64,000 nucleotides of DNA, taken from Cyanobacteria bacterium J06626_4 (lineage in GTDB: Bacteria > Cyanobacteriota > Cyanobacteriia > Phormidesmidales > Phormidesmidaceae). Location: positions 32,001 through 96,000 of the forward strand of contig JBCBJQ010000010.1 in NCBI GenBank assembly GCA_038523235.1. Reading direction: 5' to 3'. The position numbers and the translations under genes are program-made. Below are positions 52,813 to 63,706 of the stretch, one piece after another. The notes beneath the pieces were generated by a model. That model saw only the letters and a program-made list of their open reading frames with translations, had not been told where the DNA came from and searched no databases. The stretch's first letter is position 1; every line of letters starts with the position of its first letter.

Positions 52813-53244
52813 TCAGCTGCTAGTTGACTCGCCAGCATGTTCGATGATGGGGCAGTAATCAGCGTCCAAGCCCTCTCGCTCATCGGCTTCTGCGATCAAA
52901 ATCTGTAGCTGCTCCTTCAATTGCTGCAGCTGCTGCATACGCTCGTCAATTTCTGAAATTTTTTCTTGAAACTTGTGGCGCACACTTTTGCAGGGGCGTT
53001 GCCCCGAATCAGCAATCCCCAAAATATCTTGAATGTCGTTGAGGCTCAGCCCCAAAGCCTGCGATCGCCGAATGAAACTGAGCCGTGACAGCACCGAGGG
53101 CGTAAACAGGCGAAATCCACCAGATGTTCGCTTGGCAGTTTGAATCAAACCCCGTTCTTCATAAAAGCGAATGGTTTTGACCGGTAGCTGACTGTGGTCG
53201 CTGACCTGACCAATTCGTAAGAGTTCGGTTTGGGCTTCTGACAT
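52813..53244 (-). CDS. MerR-family metal-responsive transcriptional regulator
   Basis: IGQVS...LPVKTIRFYEERGL, FIRRSQALGLSL, RPC and CPII cysteines. Confidence 0.93.
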   Translation of the reverse strand: MSEAQTELLRIGQVSDHSQLPVKTIRFYEERGLIQTAKRTSGGFRLFTPSVLSRLSFIRRSQALGLSLNDIQDILGIADSGQRPCKSVRHKFQEKISEIDERMQQLQQLKEQLQILIAEADEREGLDADYCPIIEHAGESTSS

Positions 53245-53289
53245 GGTGCCGCCCTCTGAACAACAACTGTCCTCTCAGCTTACCTTATA

Positions 53290-53307
53290 TCTCTAGCTGG
53301 CTGGAGA
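53290..53307. promoter_or_regulatory. Putative MerR-type operator dyad
   Basis: TCTCTAG-ctgg-CTGGAGA dyad (one mismatch) about 45 bp upstream of the MerR gene, followed by TATCGT. Confidence 0.5.
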
Positions 53308-53517
53308 GTATATCGTCTTTTGTAAAGCAGCGCTCTTTGGAAGGCACTTAGCGTTTTCTGGAATTGGGTCCCGCTCGTTTCAAGCCGGGCCGATTTGGTG
53401 AGCGGCACGGCGTTAAGGTATTTGCTCGAAAACCGCGTCCCACTCACAAAGGTTTAGCACGGTTCAATTCCTGCCAGAAATTGTCTGCACCTGAGGATAT
53501 GATTTGACCGCAGAGGC

Positions 53518-54219
53518 TTAACCGTCAGCCGACGTTGACTCACCGCGAATATCGAGCGTTTTGCGTGTCACGTCTAGGGCTTCTGAGGCGCGCTTCAGTT
53601 TGGCCTCTAAATATTGCTTTTGACTGACCAGTTGACGCAGTTGCTGATTGCGCGCGATCGCCTGACTCACCGCGCCCAACTCATCGGGCGGGCAGCCTTG
53701 ACACTGAATCTGGCCATCAGCGTCAAGGCTGCAAAGGCGATATTGGCTGTCGTGGGCCTGCGCTGCGGGCTGCGCTTGCTGAGCGAGCTTTTCGATGTAG
53801 GCAGCAACTTGCTCGGGGTCACCATGTCGTAATACCGCTGCATGTTCATCGAGATCGGCTTGGGTGGCTTGTCGATTCACGGCTTCTAGCCAGCCATCAA
53901 CGATCGGCCCAGCCGTGTAAAGCTGCTGAATCTCGGCCAACGTGACTCTCAATGCTTGATGCCAGCCGACGATCGCTGTCTGCACATCCGCTAACAGGTC
54001 TAATGCCAGGGCGGCTTTAGCGTCGTTGCGATGACTGCTAAAGCTGGGGCGTTTGGCGCGAGGCAACAAGGGTAGGGCCGCTGGCTCTACCGCCACCGAT
54101 TTTTCGACTGGGTAAGAGACTGATGACGTTGCGTGGGCTTTAGCCGTGACGGCTTTAGTTGAGGCGTTTGCCGGCTGCACAAAAGAGGGTAAATCAAGAG
54201 AAGCCGAATTTTTAGCCAT
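53518..54219 (-). CDS. Hypothetical protein
   Basis: 233 aa ORF; GPIVDGWLE, YRLCSLDADG. Confidence 0.75.
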   Translation of the reverse strand: MAKNSASLDLPSFVQPANASTKAVTAKAHATSSVSYPVEKSVAVEPAALPLLPRAKRPSFSSHRNDAKAALALDLLADVQTAIVGWHQALRVTLAEIQQLYTAGPIVDGWLEAVNRQATQADLDEHAAVLRHGDPEQVAAYIEKLAQQAQPAAQAHDSQYRLCSLDADGQIQCQGCPPDELGAVSQAIARNQQLRQLVSQKQYLEAKLKRASEALDVTRKTLDIRGESTSADG

Positions 54220-54690
54220 ATTCTTTATCCTGTAATCAGCGCGATCGCTCCCCGATATCTAAGCACGTGCTTGATGTTTTTGAGACCTTTGGTAGCGCAT
54301 CCACGGGCAGAGGGTTGGGTTGGCTGACGCCAAAATCAGCACTGGGCTCAACAACTAGCGCTATGCCTAGTGTTATCAAGCTTTGCGCCTCAATCAAAGC
54401 ACGTTAGTTATTAATCGCACCCTTCAATTAAAAGAATGCAACAAAACTCTTGATTTGCAACATTTTTTCTAGATTTTGGTCAGATTTGTCTGCCAAATAG
54501 TGTTCCTTTAAACTTTCTAGGTGGGTTCGCTAAAGCTAGCTCTCGGCATGTCTAACCAAACCTGATCAGGAGCCGCTCGCCAGCTGAGGCAGTTCAATCT
54601 GAGGCGATCGCGGCGGCGTTATGCAGTGTTCCCGATACTCTTTAATCCGGCTAGAAGTTCAGCGACTCAATTACAGAGTCAGTAGAGGAT

Positions 54691-55487
54691 TTGGATAGTG
54701 TTCCCGAACTTTCTCACACCGAAACTCGCGATGTTCAAGAGCGCCGCTCTCAACTTATGCGAGGTGTGTTGATCGATCCGCTGTCAATCAACTTCGGCAT
54801 TGTCGGGATTGCGATCGTGGTGGGCTGGCTTATTCTCCAAGGGCTCATTTGGTTCGAGTCAGTGACTTGGAGTGCCACTGGTCTTGAAGTGATGACCTAT
54901 ATCCCCTGTTTCCGATGGCTTTGGTGGGCGGTATCTTAGTGCAACTCACCTTTGAACGTCTGGGCTTGGAACCCCTCGTGATCCAGCCATTGATGAAAAA
55001 CATTGCTGGCTTAGCGTTAGATGTGGTCGTTGTGACCGCTCTTGCCTCCATCTCTCTGCAGGTGATTGGGAGCAATCTCGGGGTGTTTCTCATTTTAAGT
55101 GTGGTCGGCATTGCCTGGAACTTGCTGTTCTTCGTCTACTATGCGCCGCGCCTCTTTCCTGACCACTGGTTTGAGAAAGGCATTGGCGATTTGGGGCAAT
55201 CGATGGGGGTCACAGCAACCGAGATTTTGCTCCTGAGAATGGTCGATCCGCACAACGATTCTGGAGCCTTTGAGAGTTTTGCCTATAAGCAACTGTTTTT
55301 TGAGCCCATTGTCGGAGGCGGGCTATTTACCGCAGCGGCACCTGCCCTCATTGCCCGATTCGGACTTGGCGGTATGCTGTTGATTACAAGCAGCTTACTC
55401 GTATTTTGGCTGGGGATGGGGGCGATTCTCATCAAGCAAAACAAACGAAAACAGCGATCGCCACAGCGTCAAAAAGTACTGCACTAG
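54691..55487 (+). pseudogene. Sodium:glutamate symporter (GltS-like), 5'-truncated and frameshifted
   Basis: Two overlapping ORFs join as YIP[L]FPMALVGG if one C is restored near 54903-54906; GDLGQSMGVTAT..LLLRMVDP, FAYKQL; in-frame stops upstream of 54691. Confidence 0.75.
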
Positions 55488-55654
55488 TCTACATCGGCTG
55501 CTGCCGCTGGATGAGCTGCTGCTGGACACCTTTGAAAGGCTCCCTTAAACCTTTAGAGGCATAGGATTTGCTCATGCTAATTCGGGGAGTTGGGGAGCCG
55601 TCATCAAACAGACTCCACTTGGGATCAGCAGCGCTCAAATACTCCAGCTATCGA

Positions 55655-56965
55655 CTAGAGATTGGCTAACGTTTTTGTCTGTGGGGTCAAAAAGCAGGAT
55701 ATATCAGTTGAGCCGAAGGTCATGCTCAGAGCGATATTCAAGTTTTCCAACATCTTGACCAACCACTCAACATTGTTCTGGATAGCCGTTTCGTAGTGAT
55801 TGAAGAGGGTTGAAAAGCGTCGCTCAAGGTAGGGTCTAATCTTCCGGCAAAGTAGAACGACCTTAAGCAAGAGCCCTGTTGTTGATAGGGGGCCGAGGTT
55901 GTTAATGAGATCAATAAACACAAAGTGCTGAGGACAAGCCGATGACTCCAACACTAGGAAGTTGAGGAGCTGCCCACAGGTTCTAATCATCAAAAAATCA
56001 TTCAGAGGCTGATCTTCATTTTCAGGCAGGGTATTTTCTAGCTGATAGGTCAACAGCTTATTGAACTTGCGGCGACCGTAAGCCGGATCAACGCTAGACC
56101 CTAAATAGTCATACAGCTCTCGCTTGAACTCACCAAACTTGAGAGACTGATTACGTTCTAGAAAAACTTGAGCGCCATCAGCATAACTGCGACCCTGATC
56201 AACCTTGCCAGAAAATTGATTGAGCGAACTCACCAGTTCGCGATCGCTGAGCAGCGTCGGATTACTAATTGGGCGTAGTCGAGCCACTGCCTCTGGGTCT
56301 GATTTTTGTTTCTTAAGGCGGGCCTGACGCACCCGATAGGTAACGTATTGCGACAGATTGACTTCGAATTTTTGTTGTGCCCTCGCTTGTATACGACGAA
56401 TGTTGTCGTGATGTTCTTCAGGGCTGTCTTCGCTGACCAAGCAATGTTCGTATAGATATGGGTACCGCTGGATGAGATTGCCGAGGGGGCGATTCTTATT
56501 TTCCGCAGGCCGCTCAGCCTCTACAAGCCGTGATAGACGCTTGAGCGTGAGGTATTGCTCGGTTTCTGTAAACCCTTTGACAACCTGGCGTAAGGTGCGA
56601 ATCTGGCGACTCCGAGAGAACTCTGTAACGTTCTGACAGGGTTCCAGCTCAAACAGATCGATCAACGAAGGTACGGCGTACTGCAGCTGTGTATGACTTT
56701 GCCAGCGGTTGACCAAAATGTGACAACAGCGGTTAACGACAAAGTGAAAATACTCTTCGACGTCTCGATCAGACACAATCTGATCAAGGGCCGAAACAAT
56801 CTCTTGATCGGGATATCCAACGCCGTCAATAAATAGTGCTTGAAACCGCTCAATCAGATTCTCCGGCGTTTCACACTCGGCATAGGCCAGTAAGTGCCCG
56901 TAGAGTGCCTGCTCTTGAGCGCTGATGGATCGAGTTTGATAGGCTGCCCTTTGATTCACAATCAC
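55655..56965 (-). CDS. Hypothetical protein
   Basis: 436 aa ORF; NRCCHIL.NRW, RYPYLY.HCL, NPTLLSD motifs. Confidence 0.8.
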   Translation of the reverse strand: MIVNQRAAYQTRSISAQEQALYGHLLAYAECETPENLIERFQALFIDGVGYPDQEIVSALDQIVSDRDVEEYFHFVVNRCCHILVNRWQSHTQLQYAVPSLIDLFELEPCQNVTEFSRSRQIRTLRQVVKGFTETEQYLTLKRLSRLVEAERPAENKNRPLGNLIQRYPYLYEHCLVSEDSPEEHHDNIRRIQARAQQKFEVNLSQYVTYRVRQARLKKQKSDPEAVARLRPISNPTLLSDRELVSSLNQFSGKVDQGRSYADGAQVFLERNQSLKFGEFKRELYDYLGSSVDPAYGRRKFNKLLTYQLENTLPENEDQPLNDFLMIRTCGQLLNFLVLESSACPQHFVFIDLINNLGPLSTTGLLLKVVLLCRKIRPYLERRFSTLFNHYETAIQNNVEWLVKMLENLNIALSMTFGSTDISCFLTPQTKTLANL

Positions 56966-57819
56966 AAATGCCTCTCTTCAGTAGGCACCGATAAATGTTT
57001 TTTACACTGGTGATCAACCCTGATAGCTGCTTGTCGATGTGACTAACGCCTTCTGACTTAAATTGACTAGATGCTATTCAACCAATCTAGACCGCCTAAG
57101 TATGTATGACGTCAGTTTTTACACCTGAAACACGGGGTTCTTCCTCTCACCATACCTGGTGCAAACACCGAAACGGGAAAGCTTGAGCCAAGATTGCATG
57201 AAGAAACTATCAAGCTTCCATGAGTTGAACCTTTTATGAGGAACCTTGCCTCGACAGGAACGATTTCAAAGATTCAAAACTGAATTGTTAAATTAATCTA
57301 ATATCTTTACCTCCATTGGACACGATCTAATTGCTTTTGTAAAGCCGTCTTCACAAACTGTAGGCAATTAGGCGGGGTCGCTGGTGAGCAGGGGGGCGCT
57401 TCCTGAAGTCCTTATATTGTCGAAATATTAGACTGTTGCCCATTGGTCTCAAGAAGCGCTAAGTGGGAGGTTTGTTCCTGCATAGTTGGGGCTGGCAAGG
57501 CGCTGCGCGTGAAGAAGGGTGTCGGGCATGGGATAATCCTTGCCTGATTGAGATACGACGAGAGGCTAGATGACTGATAGTTCTATCTAAGGTGCTGGGG
57601 CGATTGCTCAAGGCTGGCATTAGGCACGTCATGATTAATTTGGTACACCAGCGATTACAGCGCGCATTTTCACACTCGCTTGACCCACTCAGCGGATGGC
57701 TGGACTCATCTTTCTGCCAGCTTCAGACCCGTGATGAATGGCTGCCCCGAGCACCGCTTAGAGGCCATCAAGCGACGAGCTTTGTTAGCCACATCGCCTT
57801 GTAAGTAGGGAGTAATGTA

Positions 57820-59187
57820 TTGACATTTCAAATCTCATTGCAGACGTTGGCTGAGGTGACGGCTGCATCGCTCTACAGTACCAAGGACAATCTTCCTGCG
57901 GTTAACGTGACTGGCGTTTCGACGGATACTCGAAGCATCAAAAAGAACAACCTATTTCTGGCTTTAAAAGGCGATCGCTTCGACGGTCATCGGTTTGTTC
58001 AACAGGCCATCGATCTAGGCGCTGCGGGAGTGATTGTGCAAGAGCCGGTCAATGTTGGCCCGCAGTTGCGAGTGCCAGATACCTTGATGGCTTACCATGC
58101 TATCGCTCGCTGGTGGCGCCACCAGCTCAATACGCCGCTGGTGGCGATTACGGGCTCCGTGGGTAAAACGACGACCAAAGAGCTGGTGGCAGCGGCACTG
58201 TCAACCCAAGGTGGTGCCGTGCTCAAGACCCAAGCCAACTACAACAACGAAATTGGCGTTCCTAAAACTTTGTTAGCCCTCGATGCGAGTCATCACTACG
58301 GGGTTATTGAAATGGGGATGCGAGGGCCTGGACAAATTGCGCTGCTAACCCAGACGACTCGGCCCAATGTAGCGGTCATTACCAATGTCGGGACAGCTCA
58401 CATCGAACTGTTGGGCTCAGAGCAAGCGATCGCCGATGCTAAATGTGAGCTGTTTCAAGGTCTTGACGCTAACGGGGTTGCGGTGTTGAACCAAAATGAC
58501 CAGCGGCTGATGAAAACTGCCGCAAAGGTCTGGTCAGGTGAGCAAATTACCTTTGGGCTGGAAGCTGGAGATGTCGCTGGCCGGCTGATTGATAGTGACT
58601 GGTTAGAGGTAGAAGGGGTTAAGCTGCCGCTGCCGTTACCCGGCAAACACAATGCCACCAATTTGTTAGCTGCGATCGCCGTTATGAAAGCTTTGGGTTT
58701 GGATTGGAAAACACTGCAATCCGGCCTCAGGGTTGATTTGCCTAGTGGGCGGTCGACTCGGGTGACTTTGCCGAATCATCTTATTTTCCTAGATGAAACC
58801 TATAATGCCGGGGTTGAGTCGATGACTGCCGCTCTCACCTTATTAAAAGAAACGCCTGGCCGCCGCCATATTGCGGTCTTGGGAACGATGAAAGAGCTGG
58901 GAGCGCATTCTGTCCGGTTGCACCGACAGGTTGGTCAAGTGGTCAAAGATTTATCCCTTGATGCTCTGTTTACGTTAGCTGAGCCGACTGAAGCCGCAGC
59001 CTTCGCCAACGGTGCGAGCCCCGTCCCCACCGAGTCTTTTCACGATCCGCAGGCCTTGCAGGAGCGGTTAAAGGAACTGCTGCAGCCTGGGGATTGTGTC
59101 CTTTTCAAGGCTTCTCGGGCGATCTCGCTAGACCAGGTCGTCAATCATTTGAAGGAACATTTCACCGGCCCATCTGCCCCAGATTAA
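57820..59187 (+). CDS. murF: UDP-MurNAc-tripeptide--D-Ala-D-Ala ligase
   Basis: TDTR, FDGH, ITGSVGKTTTKE, NNEIGVP, EMGM, DETYNA, KASR. Confidence 0.96.
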   Translation: MTFQISLQTLAEVTAASLYSTKDNLPAVNVTGVSTDTRSIKKNNLFLALKGDRFDGHRFVQQAIDLGAAGVIVQEPVNVGPQLRVPDTLMAYHAIARWWRHQLNTPLVAITGSVGKTTTKELVAAALSTQGGAVLKTQANYNNEIGVPKTLLALDASHHYGVIEMGMRGPGQIALLTQTTRPNVAVITNVGTAHIELLGSEQAIADAKCELFQGLDANGVAVLNQNDQRLMKTAAKVWSGEQITFGLEAGDVAGRLIDSDWLEVEGVKLPLPLPGKHNATNLLAAIAVMKALGLDWKTLQSGLRVDLPSGRSTRVTLPNHLIFLDETYNAGVESMTAALTLLKETPGRRHIAVLGTMKELGAHSVRLHRQVGQVVKDLSLDALFTLAEPTEAAAFANGASPVPTESFHDPQALQERLKELLQPGDCVLFKASRAISLDQVVNHLKEHFTGPSAPD

Positions 59188-59239
59188 AGAACGTCAAGCA
59201 GACTTTCCGGCGACTGTTTTGTCATGGGTATGCCGCGCT

Positions 59240-59719
59240 ATGACGTTAATTCTGACCAAAGTGCACTTGCAAGTAATGGCCGACCATGCCGAGGCCATCT
59301 ATCCGGCTGAATGCTGTGGCCTACTACTCGGTCGCCAAGATTTGGCCGCCGATCACCGCTGGGTTCACGAGCTGAGACCCTTGGAAAATCAATGGACTCC
59401 CGAAGTCAATCCCTTTGATGACGAAGATGCGGTAACTTCAGTCAGCCAAGACAATCGCTATTGGATTGATCCGCGATCGCTAATGACGGCTCAGCGTGAT
59501 AGCCGCGATCGCGGCTGGATCATTTTGGGCGTTTATCATTCTCACCCTGATGCTCCAGCAGTGCCCTCACAGCGCGATCGGCAATTGGCCTGGTCGGATT
59601 ATTCATACCCGATTTTGTCCGTTGTGAAAGGGCAAGTGGCCACGATATCAAGCTGGCGATTGGACAGCGACGAACAGTTCTCGGCTGAGGCGATCGCTAC
59701 CCAGACATCAATCTCTTGA
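59240..59719 (+). CDS. Mov34/MPN/JAB (M67) metallopeptidase
   Basis: YPAECCGLLLG, YHSHPD...PS.RD JAMM motif. Confidence 0.92.
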   Translation: MTLILTKVHLQVMADHAEAIYPAECCGLLLGRQDLAADHRWVHELRPLENQWTPEVNPFDDEDAVTSVSQDNRYWIDPRSLMTAQRDSRDRGWIILGVYHSHPDAPAVPSQRDRQLAWSDYSYPILSVVKGQVATISSWRLDSDEQFSAEAIATQTSIS

Positions 59720-60007
59720 GTGCATCAACTGGGCGAGTTTGTGACCACCCCACTTGCCGCGATTTACCCTTGGCCGATGCCCCTGCCAAGGCAACTGTCA
59801 TGAATCAGAACTGTTTCCCAGATTTTGTGGTGGCGTTTTAGAGGGCTTGGCTCGAAGACCATATTGGTAAAGCCCTCTCGCCTACAATCTCTAGTTGACA
59901 TTATCTTCTTGCTTAGCAGATAATCAGGGTTCGTCTATAAACAGCTCGGACCAGGCTCAACTCAAAACAGCAGTGCTGTGCCTGTACGGCGATCGCAAGG
60001 AAAGCAA

Positions 60008-60442
60008 ATGACTTACGCAATTATTGAGGCGGGTGGCACGCAGCTGCGCGTTGAGGCCGGTCGGTTTTATGACTTAAATCGGCTACATGTGGAAGAAGAT
60101 GGCAATGTCACCATCGACAAAGTTTTGTTCGTCTCTCACGACGGAGAGAGTTTGGTGGGACAGCCGCTGGTTGAAGGGGCTACGGTTTCAGGCACGGTGA
60201 TGCGCCACCTTCGGGGCCGCAAGATCATTGTCTATAAAATGAAGCCCAAAAAGAAGACGCGCAAGAAGCGTGGGCATCGTCAAGAACTGACGCGTTTGAT
60301 GGTCGATTCGATCAGCTTGAAAGGCAAAGTTCTGGCCGGTAATGCTGGTGAGGTAACGGAGCCACCAGCTGATGATGCGGTGAATGAGTCTGCTACCGTA
60401 GAGGTTGTCGCTACTAGCCCAGCGGCCACCGAAGAAGAGTAG
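60008..60442 (+). CDS. rplU: 50S ribosomal protein L21
   Basis: [28 protein letters not shown]. Confidence 0.97.
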   Translation: MTYAIIEAGGTQLRVEAGRFYDLNRLHVEEDGNVTIDKVLFVSHDGESLVGQPLVEGATVSGTVMRHLRGRKIIVYKMKPKKKTRKKRGHRQELTRLMVDSISLKGKVLAGNAGEVTEPPADDAVNESATVEVVATSPAATEEE

Positions 60443-60488
60443 CCATTCCCGTAGTTTGCTAAGAGAATTTAGTCGTTAGGAAAAGATT

Positions 60489-60749
60489 ATGGCTCACAAG
60501 AAAGGTACCGGTAGTACTCGCAACGGTCGCGACTCTAATGCTAAGCGCCTAGGCGTCAAGCGCTACGGCGGGCAAGCCGTCACGGCAGGCAGCATTTTGG
60601 TGCGGCAGCGCGGCACCAAGTTTCACCCTGGCAATAACGTTGGCCGGGGTGGTGATGACACTTTATTCGCGCTCGCTGACGGTATTGTTACCTTTGAACG
60701 CAAAGGCAAAGACCGCAAGAAAATTAGCGTTTATCCAGTCCAGGCTTAA
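60489..60749 (+). CDS. rpmA: 50S ribosomal protein L27
   Basis: [24 protein letters not shown]. Confidence 0.99.
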   Translation: MAHKKGTGSTRNGRDSNAKRLGVKRYGGQAVTAGSILVRQRGTKFHPGNNVGRGGDDTLFALADGIVTFERKGKDRKKISVYPVQA

Positions 60750-60774
60750 CCGACTGTATAGGTGTTTCTGAAAA

Positions 60775-60814
60775 TAAAGCGGGCGGCGTTGAACAATCAA
60801 TGCCGCCCGCTTTA
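60775..60814 (+). terminator. Hairpin terminator after rpmA
   Basis: taaagcgggcggcgttga-acaa-tcaatgccgcccgcttta. Confidence 0.75.
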
Positions 60815-60874
60815 CGGCATGAAGTCATTGGCAGTGATGATTAACCATCAAAATCGGCAAATAAGCTTTGAGTT

Positions 60875-60914
60875 AAAAAAAGGATGTCGAGCCAATTAGC
60901 CCGACATCCTTTTT
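60875..60914 (-). terminator. Intrinsic terminator (possibly bidirectional)
   Basis: aaaaaaaggatgtcgagc...gcccgacatccttttt. Confidence 0.75.
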
Positions 60915-60961
60915 CAGTTCAGGTGTGAAATGTTTAGGGTTGCCCTAAAACGGTCTGCTAC

Positions 60962-61405
60962 TTAGTCAAGGTAGCCCATCAACACAGAAGGGATAGGATC
61001 AACCACATCGTTGGAAGCAATAGGGCGATTGCCAGGCAAAAAGTGCAGGTCAGCGACGGGCAGCTTACTCACCGCAACAGGCCGATGCCCCGGCAGTAAA
61101 TCAGTGGTTGCAACTTCAAAAGTGTTAGCCATGATGGGGCGGTTACCAGCAATATCTAAACTGCCGACAACCTCAAACTCACTCAACCCCACGGGACGAT
61201 GGTTAGGCAAATACTCTGTCGGTGTAATGCTGGTAGCGTCATTTAAAACAAACACAACCTGGCCGCTGTCTTTTTCCTCGGCTTTGACCAAAGTGCTTTT
61301 AGACTGACGACGACTCGTTGATTTGGTGGTCGTTGTTTTGGCGCTTGTCGTGCTAGCTGCCTTGTCGGTAGATTGTCCGTTGCTGGTTTCGTTCTGGCTG
61401 GTCAT
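60962..61405 (-). CDS. Hypothetical protein with four xxG(N/H)RP(I/V)-type repeats
   Basis: LPNHRPV, IAGNRPI, LPGHRPV, LPGNRPI; GAGG RBS. Confidence 0.75.
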   Translation of the reverse strand: MTSQNETSNGQSTDKAASTTSAKTTTTKSTSRRQSKSTLVKAEEKDSGQVVFVLNDATSITPTEYLPNHRPVGLSEFEVVGSLDIAGNRPIMANTFEVATTDLLPGHRPVAVSKLPVADLHFLPGNRPIASNDVVDPIPSVLMGYLD

Positions 61406-61776
61406 GCGTCAACCTCTCACTGCTTCGGCGTTAATATAATTCCTTCAAGAGCGCTAGCCTGAACATGTCAATCTGCTGTCGGTTAGCTGCCCATATGTCA
61501 GGCATTATGGTGGCTATGCTTCAGAACCCTGCGGCTCTAAACCCGCAAAACCAGAGATCTTCAGCAATCATTAAGTAAATATTATAGGTAAAAACGGGCA
61601 CGGTTGTGTTTATAAAAGGTGATTGGTCTGATAACTCTGGCGATCGCGACAGGGCTCATGGCTGAGAGCAATCATCCTGGACTGCTGTGTAGTGCCTTTT
61701 CCAGACAGGCAGCCGGCTGTTCGGTAAACCCACACCCGAGTTGGGCGGTAGATACGTTACTGTAGAGATCAATCAA

Positions 61777-62159
61777 GGGGCCGTAACGGTTTCGACGTTT
61801 TGACGAAAGTCGCTTTGTGATTCAGACCGAGAGGGAGTCTACTCTCGTAAATCCAGGCTCAAAACAAACGTAACTGCGAACAACATCGTTCCTTTTGCTC
61901 GTAAAGCTGCACCTGTTGCTGCTTAATAACAAACGTTAGCGAGCGTCTGTGCTCTGACTCCGTTAAGGATCATGGACAAACCCCAACGGATGCTCCTAAA
62001 GCGTTTCTCTGGTGGTGCTTTAGGCTAAGACTTCATTAGAGAATCCCACTGCTAGGGATAATTAGCGGTTCCCGCCTTGAGGGTCAGATAGGCTAAGTCT
62101 GTGAATGAATGGAGCGTTACTACTCGAAGCGGACACGGGTTCGACTCCCGTCGGCTCCA
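61777..62159 (+). ncRNA. ssrA: tmRNA
   Basis: 5' GGGGCCGTAACGGTTTCGAC, 3' GGTTCGACTCCCGTCGGCTCCA; tag ANNIVPFARKAAPVAA* at 61876-61926. Confidence 0.97.
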
Positions 62160-62717
62160 CTTTGTGAACTTTATTGTTATTTGTTGAACATTATTTCCAT
62201 CTAGAGTTTGTGGTTCGAACTTTAGAATTTGGGCATGTTTATACTTGAGAGACATGGCTTTGACGTTGACAGTCGATATGCCAGCGCTTCGCGTTATCTC
62301 AACTGTAAATTTGACCTTCACATGCCATGAATTCTCAGTACAATCCTTATAAATTTCCGGCTTGGGCTTATCTAAAACAGCCTGTTTTTAGCTCTAGTTA
62401 TAGACTTAAGCTTAACCCTTGGGCGTTTTGGCACGCGCATCGCCTCAATCATCTAGAAAGGTGCTGGGTCAAGGCATTCAACCCAGAAGAACACTCTAAT
62501 TCTTGATGGTTTGGTAAATAATAGATAACCGCTAGTCACTTTTCACAAGTACATATATCTACATTTGCTGGCACCTTGAGATTTTACGGTGTTGAAATTT
62601 CAATTATTTTTGAATGCGGAGTTTTCTAGAACGAAATTTTCTGATGGGAATTTTGTCTTCCGATTGGGAACTCTGGTGTAGTATCGCCTTGACTTATAAA
62701 TTCATATCAGAAAGTGT

Positions 62718-63533
62718 ATGAAAATTTCTAATGATCTATCCTACAAGGCCGGCTCTGTAGCCAGAAAAATCAGGGCAAAACTGAAGATGCCTGTGAATCA
62801 GAGATTGATTCGATTCACAGGCATTCAGCGAACAGGTAATCATGCCCTCATTAACTGGATCATTGCTCAGGAGCAGTTAGAAACTTGCTACATCAACGGA
62901 GCTTTTCCAGGAGTCAACCCTTGGCAAGAAAACTGGGGAATCTCCTACCCTAATTTTCCCTATTGGCCTGAAGAGCGGGATGCCCGAGGAGAACTCGTCG
63001 GGAAGGAGCTATTATTAGTTTCTTATGAAAATCGACCTTTGGATGAGGTCGCTGTGGATCGAGATAACATATCGAAATACATCGGCGTCAGCAAGTCGGA
63101 TCGCTGTGTCTTAGTGCTGCGAGATCCTTACAATACTTTTGCTAGTTGGCTAAAGCGAGACACTCCCGTTACCCAGGCTGTTGTCGATCTCTGGAAAACT
63201 TATGCCTACGAGTTCCTCGGCAAACAAAATGTTTTAGGGACAAAAGTCTGTATTAGTTTCAATGAATGGTTTTTGAATCGCGACTACCGATGCAAGCTGG
63301 CTCAGCAGCTAGGCTTACGCTTTACTGATCGGGGTGTCGATGTCGTGAGCCATCATGGGGGCGGTAGTTCTTTCGATGGACAAGCCCTTAAGGGACAAAC
63401 TAAAAGTATGAAAGTATTGACCCGCTATCATCATTATTTAGATAATCCTGACTTTAAGGGCATATTTGAGGCTGATCCAGAACTTGAGTACTTGTCTCAT
63501 GAGATTTTTGGCGAGCTGCCAGCACAATCATGA
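62718..63533 (+). CDS. Sulfotransferase-fold hypothetical protein
   Basis: GIQRTGNHA (PAPS-loop-like) and LRDPYNTFAS; GGGSSFDG; AT-rich. Confidence 0.6.
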   Translation: MKISNDLSYKAGSVARKIRAKLKMPVNQRLIRFTGIQRTGNHALINWIIAQEQLETCYINGAFPGVNPWQENWGISYPNFPYWPEERDARGELVGKELLLVSYENRPLDEVAVDRDNISKYIGVSKSDRCVLVLRDPYNTFASWLKRDTPVTQAVVDLWKTYAYEFLGKQNVLGTKVCISFNEWFLNRDYRCKLAQQLGLRFTDRGVDVVSHHGGGSSFDGQALKGQTKSMKVLTRYHHYLDNPDFKGIFEADPELEYLSHEIFGELPAQS

Positions 63534-63706
63534 TGTTTGAGGGGTCTGAAATCGACCTGAGTAAACTGAAAATTAACCTGGATAGACAAGAACTGTCCAT
63601 TTCTCCTCAGCTCGACTCAACACGCTCGATGAGTCCAAATGTTTTCTCTCTGGTGCATGAGGCTAATTTCTGCAAATGAAGCCGAATTATCCGCAATGAT
63701 GGAGGG

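Noticed and set aside
7257..55487. Nitrogen genes (ureC, argD, gltBD, argJ, gltS relic) as a functional cluster
   Set aside because: Spread over ~48 kb among unrelated genes, with no shared motif found
57155..57190. gcaaacaccgaaacgggaaagc as a c-di-GMP-I riboswitch
   Set aside because: Stems are too short and the second hairpin is not evident
60340..60442. Acidic C-terminal extension of L21
   Set aside because: Such extensions occur in other cyanobacterial L21 proteins
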